Part shown: piece by piece, positions 1 to 6,675 of the stretch
Layout of the letters: the number at the start of each line of letters is the position of its first letter
Position numbering within the stretch: position 1 is the stretch's first letter
Source: Vibrio cholerae ATCC 14035
Lineage (GTDB): Bacteria; Pseudomonadota; Gammaproteobacteria; Enterobacterales; Vibrionaceae
Direction of reading: 5' to 3'
DNA: 7,030 nt
NCBI RefSeq assembly: GCF_000621645.1
Contig: NZ_JHXR01000045.1
Span: forward strand, 1-7,030
Program-made: the position numbers and the translations under genes
Notes under the pieces: generated by a model
The model's input: only the letters and a program-made list of their open reading frames with translations
Told to the model about the DNA's origin: nothing
Database searches by the model: none

Positions 1-814
1 CTGCACGACCTTCGTCAAGCAGCTTACGGAACATCTCTACACCTGTACAGGTCGTTTTTACTGTCTCTTTGATACCAACGATCGCTACTTCGTCACCCAC
101 TTTCAGGATGCCGCGCTCGATACGGCCAGTTACTACTGTACCACGACCTTGGATTGAGAATACGTCTTCGATTGGCATCAGGAATGCCATGTCTACTGCA
201 CGCTCTGGCTCTGGAATATAAGTATCCAGTGCTTCTGCTAGCTCAACAATCTTCGCTTCCCACTGTGCTTCGCCGTTTAGCGCGCCTAGTGCTGAACCTT
301 GGATTACTGGCAGGTCATCACCTGGGAAATCGTACTCAGACAGCAGCTCACGAACTTCCATCTCTACCAGCTCTAGAAGCTCTTCATCGTCAACCATGTC
401 ACACTTGTTCATGAATACGATGATGTAAGGAATACCTACTTGGCGACCCAGCAGGATGTGCTCACGAGTTTGTGGCATTGGACCGTCAGTTGCCGCTACA
501 ACTAGGATACCGCCGTCCATCTGTGCTGCACCGGTGATCATGTTCTTAACATAATCCGCGTGTCCTGGACAGTCTACGTGTGCGTAGTGACGGTTTGGAG
601 TATCGTACTCTACGTGAGAAGTATTGATTGTAATACCACGCTCACGCTCTTCTGGTGCGTTGTCGATTGACGCGAAGTCACGAGCTTTACCGCCGTATAC
701 TTTTGCAAGTACAGTACAGATAGCTGCAGTTAGAGTTGTTTTACCGTGGTCAACGTGGCCGATAGTACCAACGTTTACGTGCGGTTTCGTACGTTCAAAT
801 TTCTCTTTAGACAT
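1..814 (-). CDS. tufB: Elongation factor Tu, N-terminal ~271 codons (3' end lies beyond the left edge of the window)
   Basis: The reverse complement from the ATG at 814-812 reads [101 protein letters not shown]...[23 protein letters not shown]...[21 protein letters not shown]... and stays open to position 1. GTPase motifs [13 protein letters not shown] and NKCD are present. An AGAGGG Shine-Dalgarno (plus-strand ccctct, 822-827) lies 7 nt upstream of the ATG. It is called tufB rather than tufA because the thrU-tyrU-glyT-thrT tRNA cluster lies directly upstream, as in E. coli. Confidence 0.96.
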   Translation of the reverse strand, partial: MSKEKFERTKPHVNVGTIGHVDHGKTTLTAAICTVLAKVYGGKARDFASIDNAPEERERGITINTSHVEYDTPNRHYAHVDCPGHADYVKNMITGAAQMDGGILVVAATDGPMPQTREHILLGRQVGIPYIIVFMNKCDMVDDEELLELVEMEVRELLSEYDFPGDDLPVIQGSALGALNGEAQWEAKIVELAEALDTYIPEPERAVDMAFLMPIEDVFSIQGRGTVVTGRIERGILKVGDEVAIVGIKETVKTTCTGVEMFRKLLDEGRA

Positions 815-869
815 GAGTTGTCCCTCTAGGTACGGATTTAGGTGGCTTTTGAGATGACCACGCAACCAA

Positions 870-897
870 AAAATATCGGTAGTAAAGTATATATCAA
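870..897 (-). promoter_or_regulatory. Candidate secondary promoter for tufB inside the tRNA-Thr/tufB spacer (TTGATA-16 nt-TATTTT)
   Basis: The minus strand reads TTGATA (892-897), a 16-nt spacer, then TATTTT (870-875), about 55 nt upstream of the tuf ATG. This is a hexamer match only and the region is A/T-rich, so a chance match is plausible. Confidence 0.2.
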
Positions 898-926
898 AAG
901 GAAAACTTTGCTTAGAGGCTTAGAGC

Positions 927-1002
<76 letters not shown>

Positions 1003-1015
1003 ACTCTAAAATGAG

Positions 1016-1090
<75 letters not shown>

Positions 1091-1125
1091 AACACGTAAC
1101 TCTGAGAGCTATTTCCTTAAGAATA

Positions 1126-1210
<85 letters not shown>

Positions 1211-1245
1211 AAATTTTTGACCATTTTCACTGCTAGTGGAGAAAA

Positions 1246-1321
<76 letters not shown>

Positions 1322-1326
1322 ATAAG

Positions 1327-1392
1327 TGGTGCGCATTCTAGTGAATGATCTTGGGGGTTGCAACCCTTATCTTGAAAAAAAACTCAATTTTC
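1327..1392 (-). promoter_or_regulatory. Promoter of the thrU-tyrU-glyT-thrT-tufB operon (stable-RNA type: UP-like tract, -35, -10, GC-rich discriminator)
   Basis: The minus strand reads GAAAATTGAGTTTTTTTTCAAGATAAGGG TTGCAA (1358-1363), a 17-nt spacer, TAGAAT (1335-1340), then GCGCACCACTTAT, followed by G1 of tRNA-Thr at 1321. The GC-rich discriminator GCGCACC resembles that of E. coli rrnB P1. The A/T-rich tract at 1367-1392 is in the UP-element position. The predicted TSS is near A1327. Confidence 0.65.
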
Positions 1393-1400
1393 AAAGGATT

Positions 1401-1429
1401 TTGCTTGTTCGTTGTTTTTTCAGTCAAAT
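1401..1429 (+). promoter_or_regulatory. Candidate coaA promoter (TTGCTT-17 nt-TCAAAT)
   Basis: TTGCTT at 1401-1406, a 17-nt spacer, and TCAAAT at 1424-1429, about 85 nt upstream of the coaA ATG. This is a hexamer match only in T-rich sequence. Confidence 0.25.
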
Positions 1430-1514
1430 TAGAGCGCAATCGCTAATTCTCGCATCTTTCTATTTTGTTTTATCTTGTGCTTATTGTATTTTCGCTTTCC
1501 TTATTCTCAACCGC

Positions 1515-2453
1515 ATGATTGAACCGATTATGAGCCCTTATTTAACCTTTGATCGCCAACACTGGGCCCAATTGCGCAATTCAGTACCTATGACGCTCTC
1601 TGAAAGCGATCTAAAAGAGTTACAGGGCATCAATGACCATTTATCGATGACCGAAGCGGTTGAAATCTATCTTCCCCTCGCTCGTCTACTGAATTTGTAT
1701 GTGGCTGCGCGTCAAAGTCGTAATGGTGTGTTGCATCAGTTTTTGGGTAATACCGAATCAGCACCCCCTTTTGTGATTGGCATAGCGGGCAGCGTTGCCG
1801 TCGGTAAAAGTACAACGGCTCGCTTACTGAAAGCTCTCTTATCACGTTGGGAGAATCATCCGAAGGTCGAACTGATCACCACAGACGGCTTTTTATACCC
1901 CAATAAGGTACTGACTGAACGTGGCATTATGCATAAGAAGGGCTTTCCTGAATCTTATGATATTCGCCGTTTGGTGGAATTTGTTTCTGAGGTTAAAGCT
2001 GGCCAGCCCAATGTAACCGCCCCCGTTTATTCACATCTCACTTATGATATTACCGATGAAATGAAAGTGGTCGACCGCCCGGATGTGCTGATCATTGAAG
2101 GCTTAAATGTACTGCAAAGTGGTATGGACTACCCTCATGACCCACACCGCGTATTTATCTCTGATTTCCTGGATTTTTCGATTTATGTCGATGCCGATAG
2201 TCAACTGATAGAAAAGTGGTATATCGAGCGCTTTATGAAATTTCGCCAGGGTGCATTTAAAAAGCCCGGCTCCTATTTCAGCCACTACACTGCACTCACT
2301 GAAGCCCAAGCTGAACAGAAAGCGCGTTCCATTTGGGAAACCATCAACGGTAAAAATCTGGTTGAGAATATCTTGCCGACCAAAGGTCGTGCACATTTGA
2401 TTTTACGCAAAGGGCTTAACCATACGGTAGAAGAAGTCCTGCTCCGTAAATAG
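1515..2453 (+). CDS. coaA: Type I pantothenate kinase (312 aa from ATG 1515; alternative in-frame ATG at 1530)
   Basis: The translation [30 protein letters not shown]...[25 protein letters not shown]...[12 protein letters not shown]...KKGFPESYD...[13 protein letters not shown]...[20 protein letters not shown]...SIYVDA... is collinear with E. coli CoaA along its whole length, including the Walker A motif GSVAVGKST. The track ORF starts at GTG 1326, but residues 1-63 of that ORF have no counterpart in CoaA and overlap the tRNA promoter. Confidence 0.93.
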   Translation: MIEPIMSPYLTFDRQHWAQLRNSVPMTLSESDLKELQGINDHLSMTEAVEIYLPLARLLNLYVAARQSRNGVLHQFLGNTESAPPFVIGIAGSVAVGKSTTARLLKALLSRWENHPKVELITTDGFLYPNKVLTERGIMHKKGFPESYDIRRLVEFVSEVKAGQPNVTAPVYSHLTYDITDEMKVVDRPDVLIIEGLNVLQSGMDYPHDPHRVFISDFLDFSIYVDADSQLIEKWYIERFMKFRQGAFKKPGSYFSHYTALTEAQAEQKARSIWETINGKNLVENILPTKGRAHLILRKGLNHTVEEVLLRK

Positions 2454-2461
2454 TGCTCAAG

Positions 2462-2487
2462 AAAAAGAGGCTGACGCCTCTTTATTT
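2462..2487. terminator. Bidirectional rho-independent terminator shared by convergent coaA and birA
   Basis: The sequence is AAAAAGAGGC-TGAC-GCCTCTTTATTT. It forms a 7-8 bp G/C-containing stem with a 4-nt loop. A T-run follows on the plus strand (TTTATTTGGCTTT) and also on the minus strand (TTTTTCTTG). It lies 9 nt after the coaA stop and about 20 nt after the birA stop. Confidence 0.7.
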
Positions 2488-2502
2488 GGCTTTAATTCTG
2501 CT

Positions 2503-3465
2503 CTAGTCGTTTTTACGTAGGGATATCTCACCGCCAATAAAACTTTTCAACCCCTCTTCGGTTTCTAATAATACGCCGCCGTGTTCATCAATCCCGCGCT
2601 CAATACCGCGCACCTCATTCGCCCCCATCAGCAGTTTAACTGGACGACCGATGAAGTTATCCCAACGATTCCAACGCTCAACAAAGTTTTGCATACCTGA
2701 AATTTCATACTGGCGTAAGGTGCGATCTAGCGCAGCAATCAGATTAATCGCTAAAGCATTACGATCAATCCGGCTTTGGCCAGTCACTTCTGCAAGACTT
2801 ATCCAAGGCTGATCGATATTGCCCTCGTTATCGCGCATAGCAAGGTTGATCCCCATGCCGATCACTAAATGTGCTGCCGCACCAGCTTGACCAGACATTT
2901 CGACTAAAATGCCCGCCAACTTTTTATCTTGATAATAGAGATCGTTTGGCCATTTTAGTTTAACGCCATCCACTCCCATGGCTTCCAGCGCTTCAACAAT
3001 GGCCACACCCACGACTAAACTCAGCCCCATCGCGGCTGCCATACCGGCATCTAAACGCCAATAGATCGAGAGATAAAGATTAGCGCCAAATGGAGAAACC
3101 CAATGCCGACCACGCCGACCACGACCACTGGCTTGATATTCTGCTAAACAGACCGTTCCCGATACCAGCGTCTCGACATGATCGAGCAGATATTGATTGG
3201 TCGAGCCAATAATCGGATGCAGCTCGACAGGATTATTCACTTGCGATTGGATTACCGATTGATCGAGCAACGTCATCGCTTGAGCAAGTTGATACCCTTT
3301 ACCCTGTACACGAAACACATCCACACCCCAGTCGCGGATGCCCTGAATATGCTTACTGATGGCTGCTCGCGAGATCCCCAGCTGAGCACCCAACACTTCA
3401 CCAGAGTGAAAATCGCCATCGGCTAATTGTTTGAGTATGGCTAGTTTAGCGCTGTGCTCTTTCAT
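2503..3465 (-). CDS. birA: Bifunctional biotin-[acetyl-CoA-carboxylase] ligase / bio operon repressor, 320 aa
   Basis: There is an N-terminal winged-HTH (LGISRAAISKHIQGIRDWGVDV), the biotin/ATP-binding loop GRGRRGRHW (aa 114-122), and KWPNDLY. The protein is collinear with E. coli BirA (321 aa). Its ATG overlaps the murB stop codon. Confidence 0.95.
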   Translation of the reverse strand: MKEHSAKLAILKQLADGDFHSGEVLGAQLGISRAAISKHIQGIRDWGVDVFRVQGKGYQLAQAMTLLDQSVIQSQVNNPVELHPIIGSTNQYLLDHVETLVSGTVCLAEYQASGRGRRGRHWVSPFGANLYLSIYWRLDAGMAAAMGLSLVVGVAIVEALEAMGVDGVKLKWPNDLYYQDKKLAGILVEMSGQAGAAAHLVIGMGINLAMRDNEGNIDQPWISLAEVTGQSRIDRNALAINLIAALDRTLRQYEISGMQNFVERWNRWDNFIGRPVKLLMGANEVRGIERGIDEHGGVLLETEEGLKSFIGGEISLRKND

Positions 3466-4535
3466 GCTTGTTCACTCATCCATTGCTTTAAATTGGTTTC
3501 TTCACTTTCGCCAATAAATCGCACTTCATGTTCAAGTTCAATGCCATAGCAGTTGAACACGCGCTGCTGAATATCAGCCGCCAGCATGAGTACATCTTGC
3601 GCACTCGCATCACCCGTATTAACGATCACCAGAGCTTGTTTAGGGTGAACTTTCGCTCCTCCGATTTGGTGACCTTTCAAACCCGCTTGATCAATCAACC
3701 ATCCGGCCGCTACCTTGACCCCTTGTTCAGCTGGATATGCCACCACATCGGGATGCTCAATTTGCAGTCGAGCAAAGGCTTGCTGACTGATCACAGGGTT
3801 TTTAAAGAAACTGCCCGCATTCCCCATCACAGCAGGATCAGGCAGTTTTTCCATTCGCGTAGCGCAAACTCTCTGATACACATCATGAATAGCACAGTCC
3901 GAGGACAAATCTTTTAGTGGGCCGTATTGGATAATCGGCTGCCAAGCTTTAGCGAATTTTAACCCTACCGCAGTCACAACTGCTTTTTGATAAAGCTGAT
4001 GTTTGAAAATGGAGTCACGGTACCCAAATTGGCACTCTTCCATCGTCAAACGCTTCACTGTGCCAGTCTCTAGGCATAAGTACTCGACGTAATCACAAAC
4101 ATCTTTAAACTCAACGCCATACGCGCCAATATTTTGGATTGGTGCAGAGCCAGCACAGCCAGGGATCAACGCAAGATTCTCTAAACCGCCGATCCCCTGC
4201 TCCACACACCAACTTACGAGTGAAGGCCAATCTTCACCACCTGCAACATGAAGCCGGTGGTAATCATCATCTTGTTGATGCTCTATACCATTGAGGCGGT
4301 TAACCACTACCATACCTGTATAGTGACAAGTAAAAAGCATATTACTGCCTTTGCCTATAATAAGCTTAGGTAGGCTAGCCCATTCAGCTGAGCAATAGAG
4401 CGCCTTAAGATCGTCAATCGATTCCGCCACGACCAATTGAGCAGCTAACTGTTCAATACCAAAGGTGTGGTAGGGTTTGAGGTTCGCACCGAGTTGAATT
4501 TGCATGGTCGTCTTTGGATAACTTAAACTGGCCAT
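3462..4535 (-). CDS. murB: UDP-N-acetylenolpyruvoylglucosamine reductase, 357 aa (alternative start ATG at 4505 gives 347 aa)
   Basis: It contains LKPYHTFGI, GKGSNMLF, GLENLALIPGCAGSAPIQNIGAYGVE, FGYRDSIFK and GNAGSFFKNP, and is collinear with E. coli MurB. The ATG at 4535 is preceded by TGAGGT at 5-nt spacing (plus-strand acctca, 4541-4546). The internal ATG at 4505 has only a weak purine patch upstream. Confidence 0.92.
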   Translation of the reverse strand: MASLSYPKTTMQIQLGANLKPYHTFGIEQLAAQLVVAESIDDLKALYCSAEWASLPKLIIGKGSNMLFTCHYTGMVVVNRLNGIEHQQDDDYHRLHVAGGEDWPSLVSWCVEQGIGGLENLALIPGCAGSAPIQNIGAYGVEFKDVCDYVEYLCLETGTVKRLTMEECQFGYRDSIFKHQLYQKAVVTAVGLKFAKAWQPIIQYGPLKDLSSDCAIHDVYQRVCATRMEKLPDPAVMGNAGSFFKNPVISQQAFARLQIEHPDVVAYPAEQGVKVAAGWLIDQAGLKGHQIGGAKVHPKQALVIVNTGDASAQDVLMLAADIQQRVFNCYGIELEHEVRFIGESEETNLKQWMSEQA

Positions 4536-4547
4536 ATTCTACCTCAG

Positions 4548-4994
4548 ATGGCCGACAAGCACGAAAGACCAATGTTAGAGTTTCAGCAATTTGCCCCCAT
4601 TAAGCTCCCGCTTATCAAACGTTTTTATAAAAACCACTATCCAGGGAGCAAACCCAAAAGTGATGAACAGGTGATTGTTGCTCTCAAGGATCGTGAGATC
4701 GTGGGCGTGGTACGTTTTCGTATGATTGGTCAATATCGCCTACTGACTGGCATGGCAGTGGAAGCCCAGAGCCGTCAACAAGGGATTGGTAAGCAACTGC
4801 TCGACTACTGCCAAAAGCAATGGCTCAATCCAGCAACCTTTTGTTTTGCTTATACCCATCTCGAACATTTCTATCAGCAAGGCCATTTTATTCAAATTGC
4901 ACCTAATGCTTTACCCGCCGAGCTCCATCTACTCTTTGAGCGTTACTCGAGATCTGGTAAGGATCTCATTCCGATGCAATATCAAGCGAAGTAA
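4548..4994 (+). CDS. Small GNAT-family N-acetyltransferase, substrate unknown (148 aa; alternative start ATG at 4572)
   Basis: The acetyl-CoA binding motif A is present, LLTGMAVEAQSRQQGIGKQLL (Q/R-x-x-G-x-G/A), followed by the motif-B-like HLEHFYQQGHF. The size fits a single GNAT domain. There is no Shine-Dalgarno before 4548, so the start is uncertain. Confidence 0.75.
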   Translation: MADKHERPMLEFQQFAPIKLPLIKRFYKNHYPGSKPKSDEQVIVALKDREIVGVVRFRMIGQYRLLTGMAVEAQSRQQGIGKQLLDYCQKQWLNPATFCFAYTHLEHFYQQGHFIQIAPNALPAELHLLFERYSRSGKDLIPMQYQAK

Positions 4995-5037
4995 TGTCAA
5001 GAATGGTCGCCATTTCTAGCCTTTTCTTAACCAGTTT

Positions 5038-5046
5038 TGGTAATAT
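5038..5046 (+). promoter_or_regulatory. Candidate extended -10 promoter for pssA (TGgTAATAT)
   Basis: TGG at 5038-5040 directly precedes TAATAT at 5041-5046. There is no good -35. The element lies about 43 nt upstream of the pssA ATG. Motif match only. Confidence 0.3.
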
Positions 5047-5088
5047 CCACTGCTCGCAATTTTGCACACAACAAGGTAATGCATCCCA

Positions 5089-6429
5089 ATGATTGCTCGA
5101 AGAAACCCAATCGAACAACTACCAGCGATTGCGCAAGATCCTGACAAATTTGGCGTACTGCTCTCGGCTGCAGAATTTCGAACTCATTTGGTTGAATCGA
5201 TTCGTCAGGCACGCAAACGTATCTACCTCGTTGCACTTTATTTAGAAAATGACGATGCTGGCCGTGAAATTCTTACTGAACTCTATGCCGCCAAGCAGCG
5301 TAACCCAGGACTCGAAATACATATTTGTGTTGACTGGCACCGTGCTCAGCGTGGCTTGATCGGTGCAGCAGAATCCGAAGGCAATGCAGCCATGTATCGT
5401 GACTTTGCTCAGCAACATGAGCACTGTATTCCTGTTTATGGCATACCGGTTAGAGGGCGGGAAGTCTTTGGCGTTCTGCATCTAAAAGGCTTCATTATTG
5501 ATGATCAAGTCATCTACAGCGGTGCGAGCCTCAATAATGTCTATCTCCAGTTTCATGGCCGCTATCGTTTTGATCGCTACCATACCTTAGAAAATGCTGA
5601 ACTTGCCGACAGCATGGTGCATTTTATCCAACAAGAAATGCTGGCTCACCCGGCTGTCAATAACCTCGCTTGTGGTAGCAAACCCACCACAAAAGAGATT
5701 AAGTCTGATATCCGCCAATTCCGAGCTTCACTTGCTCAAGCCAATTACCAATTTGCTAAACAGAAAGTGAATGAAGGTCAAGTCGCTGTCACACCCTTGG
5801 TTGGACTCGGTCGACGCAGAAATCGGTTGAACCAAAGCATTATCCAATTGTTAGCCTCTGCTAAAGATGAAGTGTTTATCTGCACGCCATACTTTAATTT
5901 CCCGCCGAGTATCGCTAAAGAGGTGAAAAAAGCACTGCGACGTGGCGTGAAAGTCCATATTGTGATTGGCGATAAAACCGCGAATGACTTCTACATTGCA
6001 CCAGAAGAGCCATTCAAGACTATCGGTGGCTTACCTTACTTGTATGAACTTAATCTGCGCCGCTTTGCGAAAGCCAATGAAGCTCATATTGCAAGCCGCA
6101 AGCTCTCAATCCACCTCTGGAAGCATGAAAATCACAGCTTTCATCTCAAGGGAATTTGGGTGGATAAACGTTATATGCTCATCACAGGTAATAACCTCAA
6201 TCCACGCGCTTGGAAGCTCGACCTCGAAAATGCAATTTTAATTCGTGATGATTACCATCACCTTACTACCAAATTTGAAGCTGAAATTGACAATATTCTG
6301 CAGCATACTCAGTTAATCTGTACTTATAAGCAAATTGAAAAACCCGAGCACTACCCAGAAAAGGTACAACGCTTAGTACGCCGAATCATGCGTCTAAAAG
6401 CCGATCGTGTCCTCAAACAAATCTTATAA
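5089..6429 (+). CDS. pssA: CDP-diacylglycerol--serine O-phosphatidyltransferase (phosphatidylserine synthase, PLD-superfamily type), 446 aa
   Basis: It is collinear with E. coli PssA (VALYLE-DD, VDWHRAQRG-IGAA, TPLVGLG, CTPYFN, GDKTANDFYI, LPYLYE-NLRRF, LITGNNLNPRAW-LDLENAILI). Two HKD motifs are present: HLKGFIIDD (5479-5505) and HLKGIWVDK (6142-6168). Confidence 0.95.
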   Translation: MIARRNPIEQLPAIAQDPDKFGVLLSAAEFRTHLVESIRQARKRIYLVALYLENDDAGREILTELYAAKQRNPGLEIHICVDWHRAQRGLIGAAESEGNAAMYRDFAQQHEHCIPVYGIPVRGREVFGVLHLKGFIIDDQVIYSGASLNNVYLQFHGRYRFDRYHTLENAELADSMVHFIQQEMLAHPAVNNLACGSKPTTKEIKSDIRQFRASLAQANYQFAKQKVNEGQVAVTPLVGLGRRRNRLNQSIIQLLASAKDEVFICTPYFNFPPSIAKEVKKALRRGVKVHIVIGDKTANDFYIAPEEPFKTIGGLPYLYELNLRRFAKANEAHIASRKLSIHLWKHENHSFHLKGIWVDKRYMLITGNNLNPRAWKLDLENAILIRDDYHHLTTKFEAEIDNILQHTQLICTYKQIEKPEHYPEKVQRLVRRIMRLKADRVLKQIL

Positions 6430-6446
6430 TCAACGCTTACACTACC

Positions 6447-6475
6447 AGCCGATGCATTCGCATCGGCTTTTTTAT
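6447..6475 (+). terminator. Rho-independent terminator of pssA
   Basis: AGCCGATGC-ATTC-GCATCGGCT forms a 9-bp perfect stem followed by TTTTTTATT, starting 18 nt after the pssA stop. On the minus strand there is no T-run, so it acts in one direction only. Confidence 0.8.
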
Positions 6476-6675
6476 TGCTCAATATAGCCATCCGAAACGA
6501 CTATGCACTGACAGAAGCTTTATTGAAAAATTCCGATGGATAAACGCAAAAAGACAAAGACAAAAAGAGCAGTAAGAAGAGTTGGACAGTTTGGGATGAT
6601 TGAACATCATAGAGGATGAGCACTGGGATAGGCGATAAGCAGTAATTACCTCTGGCTTTCAATGATTTCCAGAAA

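Noticed and set aside
154-857. Plus-strand ORFs 154-414 (86 aa) and 624-857 (77 aa)
   Set aside because: They are antisense shadows of the unambiguous EF-Tu coding sequence on the minus strand. Their translations are Leu/Arg/Ala-rich with no recognisable motifs.
910-925. Tandem 8-mer gcttagag x2, immediately 3' of tRNA-Thr(GGU) on the transcribed strand
   Set aside because: Only two copies of 8 nt are present. This is too short to call a repeat element or an attachment-site duplication, and there is no integrase or island nearby.
1326-1514. N-terminal 63-codon extension of the coaA ORF in the track (GTG start at 1326; [11 protein letters not shown]...FAFLILNR)
   Set aside because: It begins at the first permissible start codon after a stop. 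It overlaps the tRNA operon promoter and its UP-like tract. It is a hydrophobic, low-complexity translation of T-rich DNA and has no counterpart in CoaA homologues, which align from [10 protein letters not shown] onward.
1630-2396. Minus-strand ORFs 1630-1845 (71 aa) and 2103-2396 (97 aa)
   Set aside because: They are antisense to the well-supported coaA frame, with no SD, no motifs, and odd composition.
3178-3917. Plus-strand ORFs 3178-3426 (82 aa) and 3528-3917 (129 aa)
   Set aside because: They are antisense shadows inside birA and murB respectively, and both of those genes are supported by full-length homology on the minus strand.
4548-4994. Idea that the small GNAT is a PanZ/PanM-like regulator of CoA precursor synthesis, given that coaA is nearby
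   Set aside because: I see no convincing sequence similarity to my recollection of PanZ. As far as I know PanZ is restricted to Enterobacterales. The gene is also separated from coaA by birA and murB and is transcribed in a different unit. The link is too speculative to report.
4786-5019. Plus-strand ORF 4786-5019 (77 aa), an alternate frame of the GNAT gene
   Set aside because: It overlaps the GNAT frame, which carries the acetyl-CoA binding motif. Its own product is Ser/Ile-rich with no features.
5027-5481. Minus-strand ORFs 5027-5236 (69 aa, GTG start) and 5242-5481 (79 aa)
   Set aside because: They are antisense to the 5' part of pssA, which has full-length homology to PssA. There is no SD and no recognisable domain.
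5966-6241. Plus-strand ORF 5966-6241 (91 aa), an alternate frame inside pssA
   Set aside because: It lies entirely within pssA in a different frame and covers the region that encodes the second HKD motif in the true frame.
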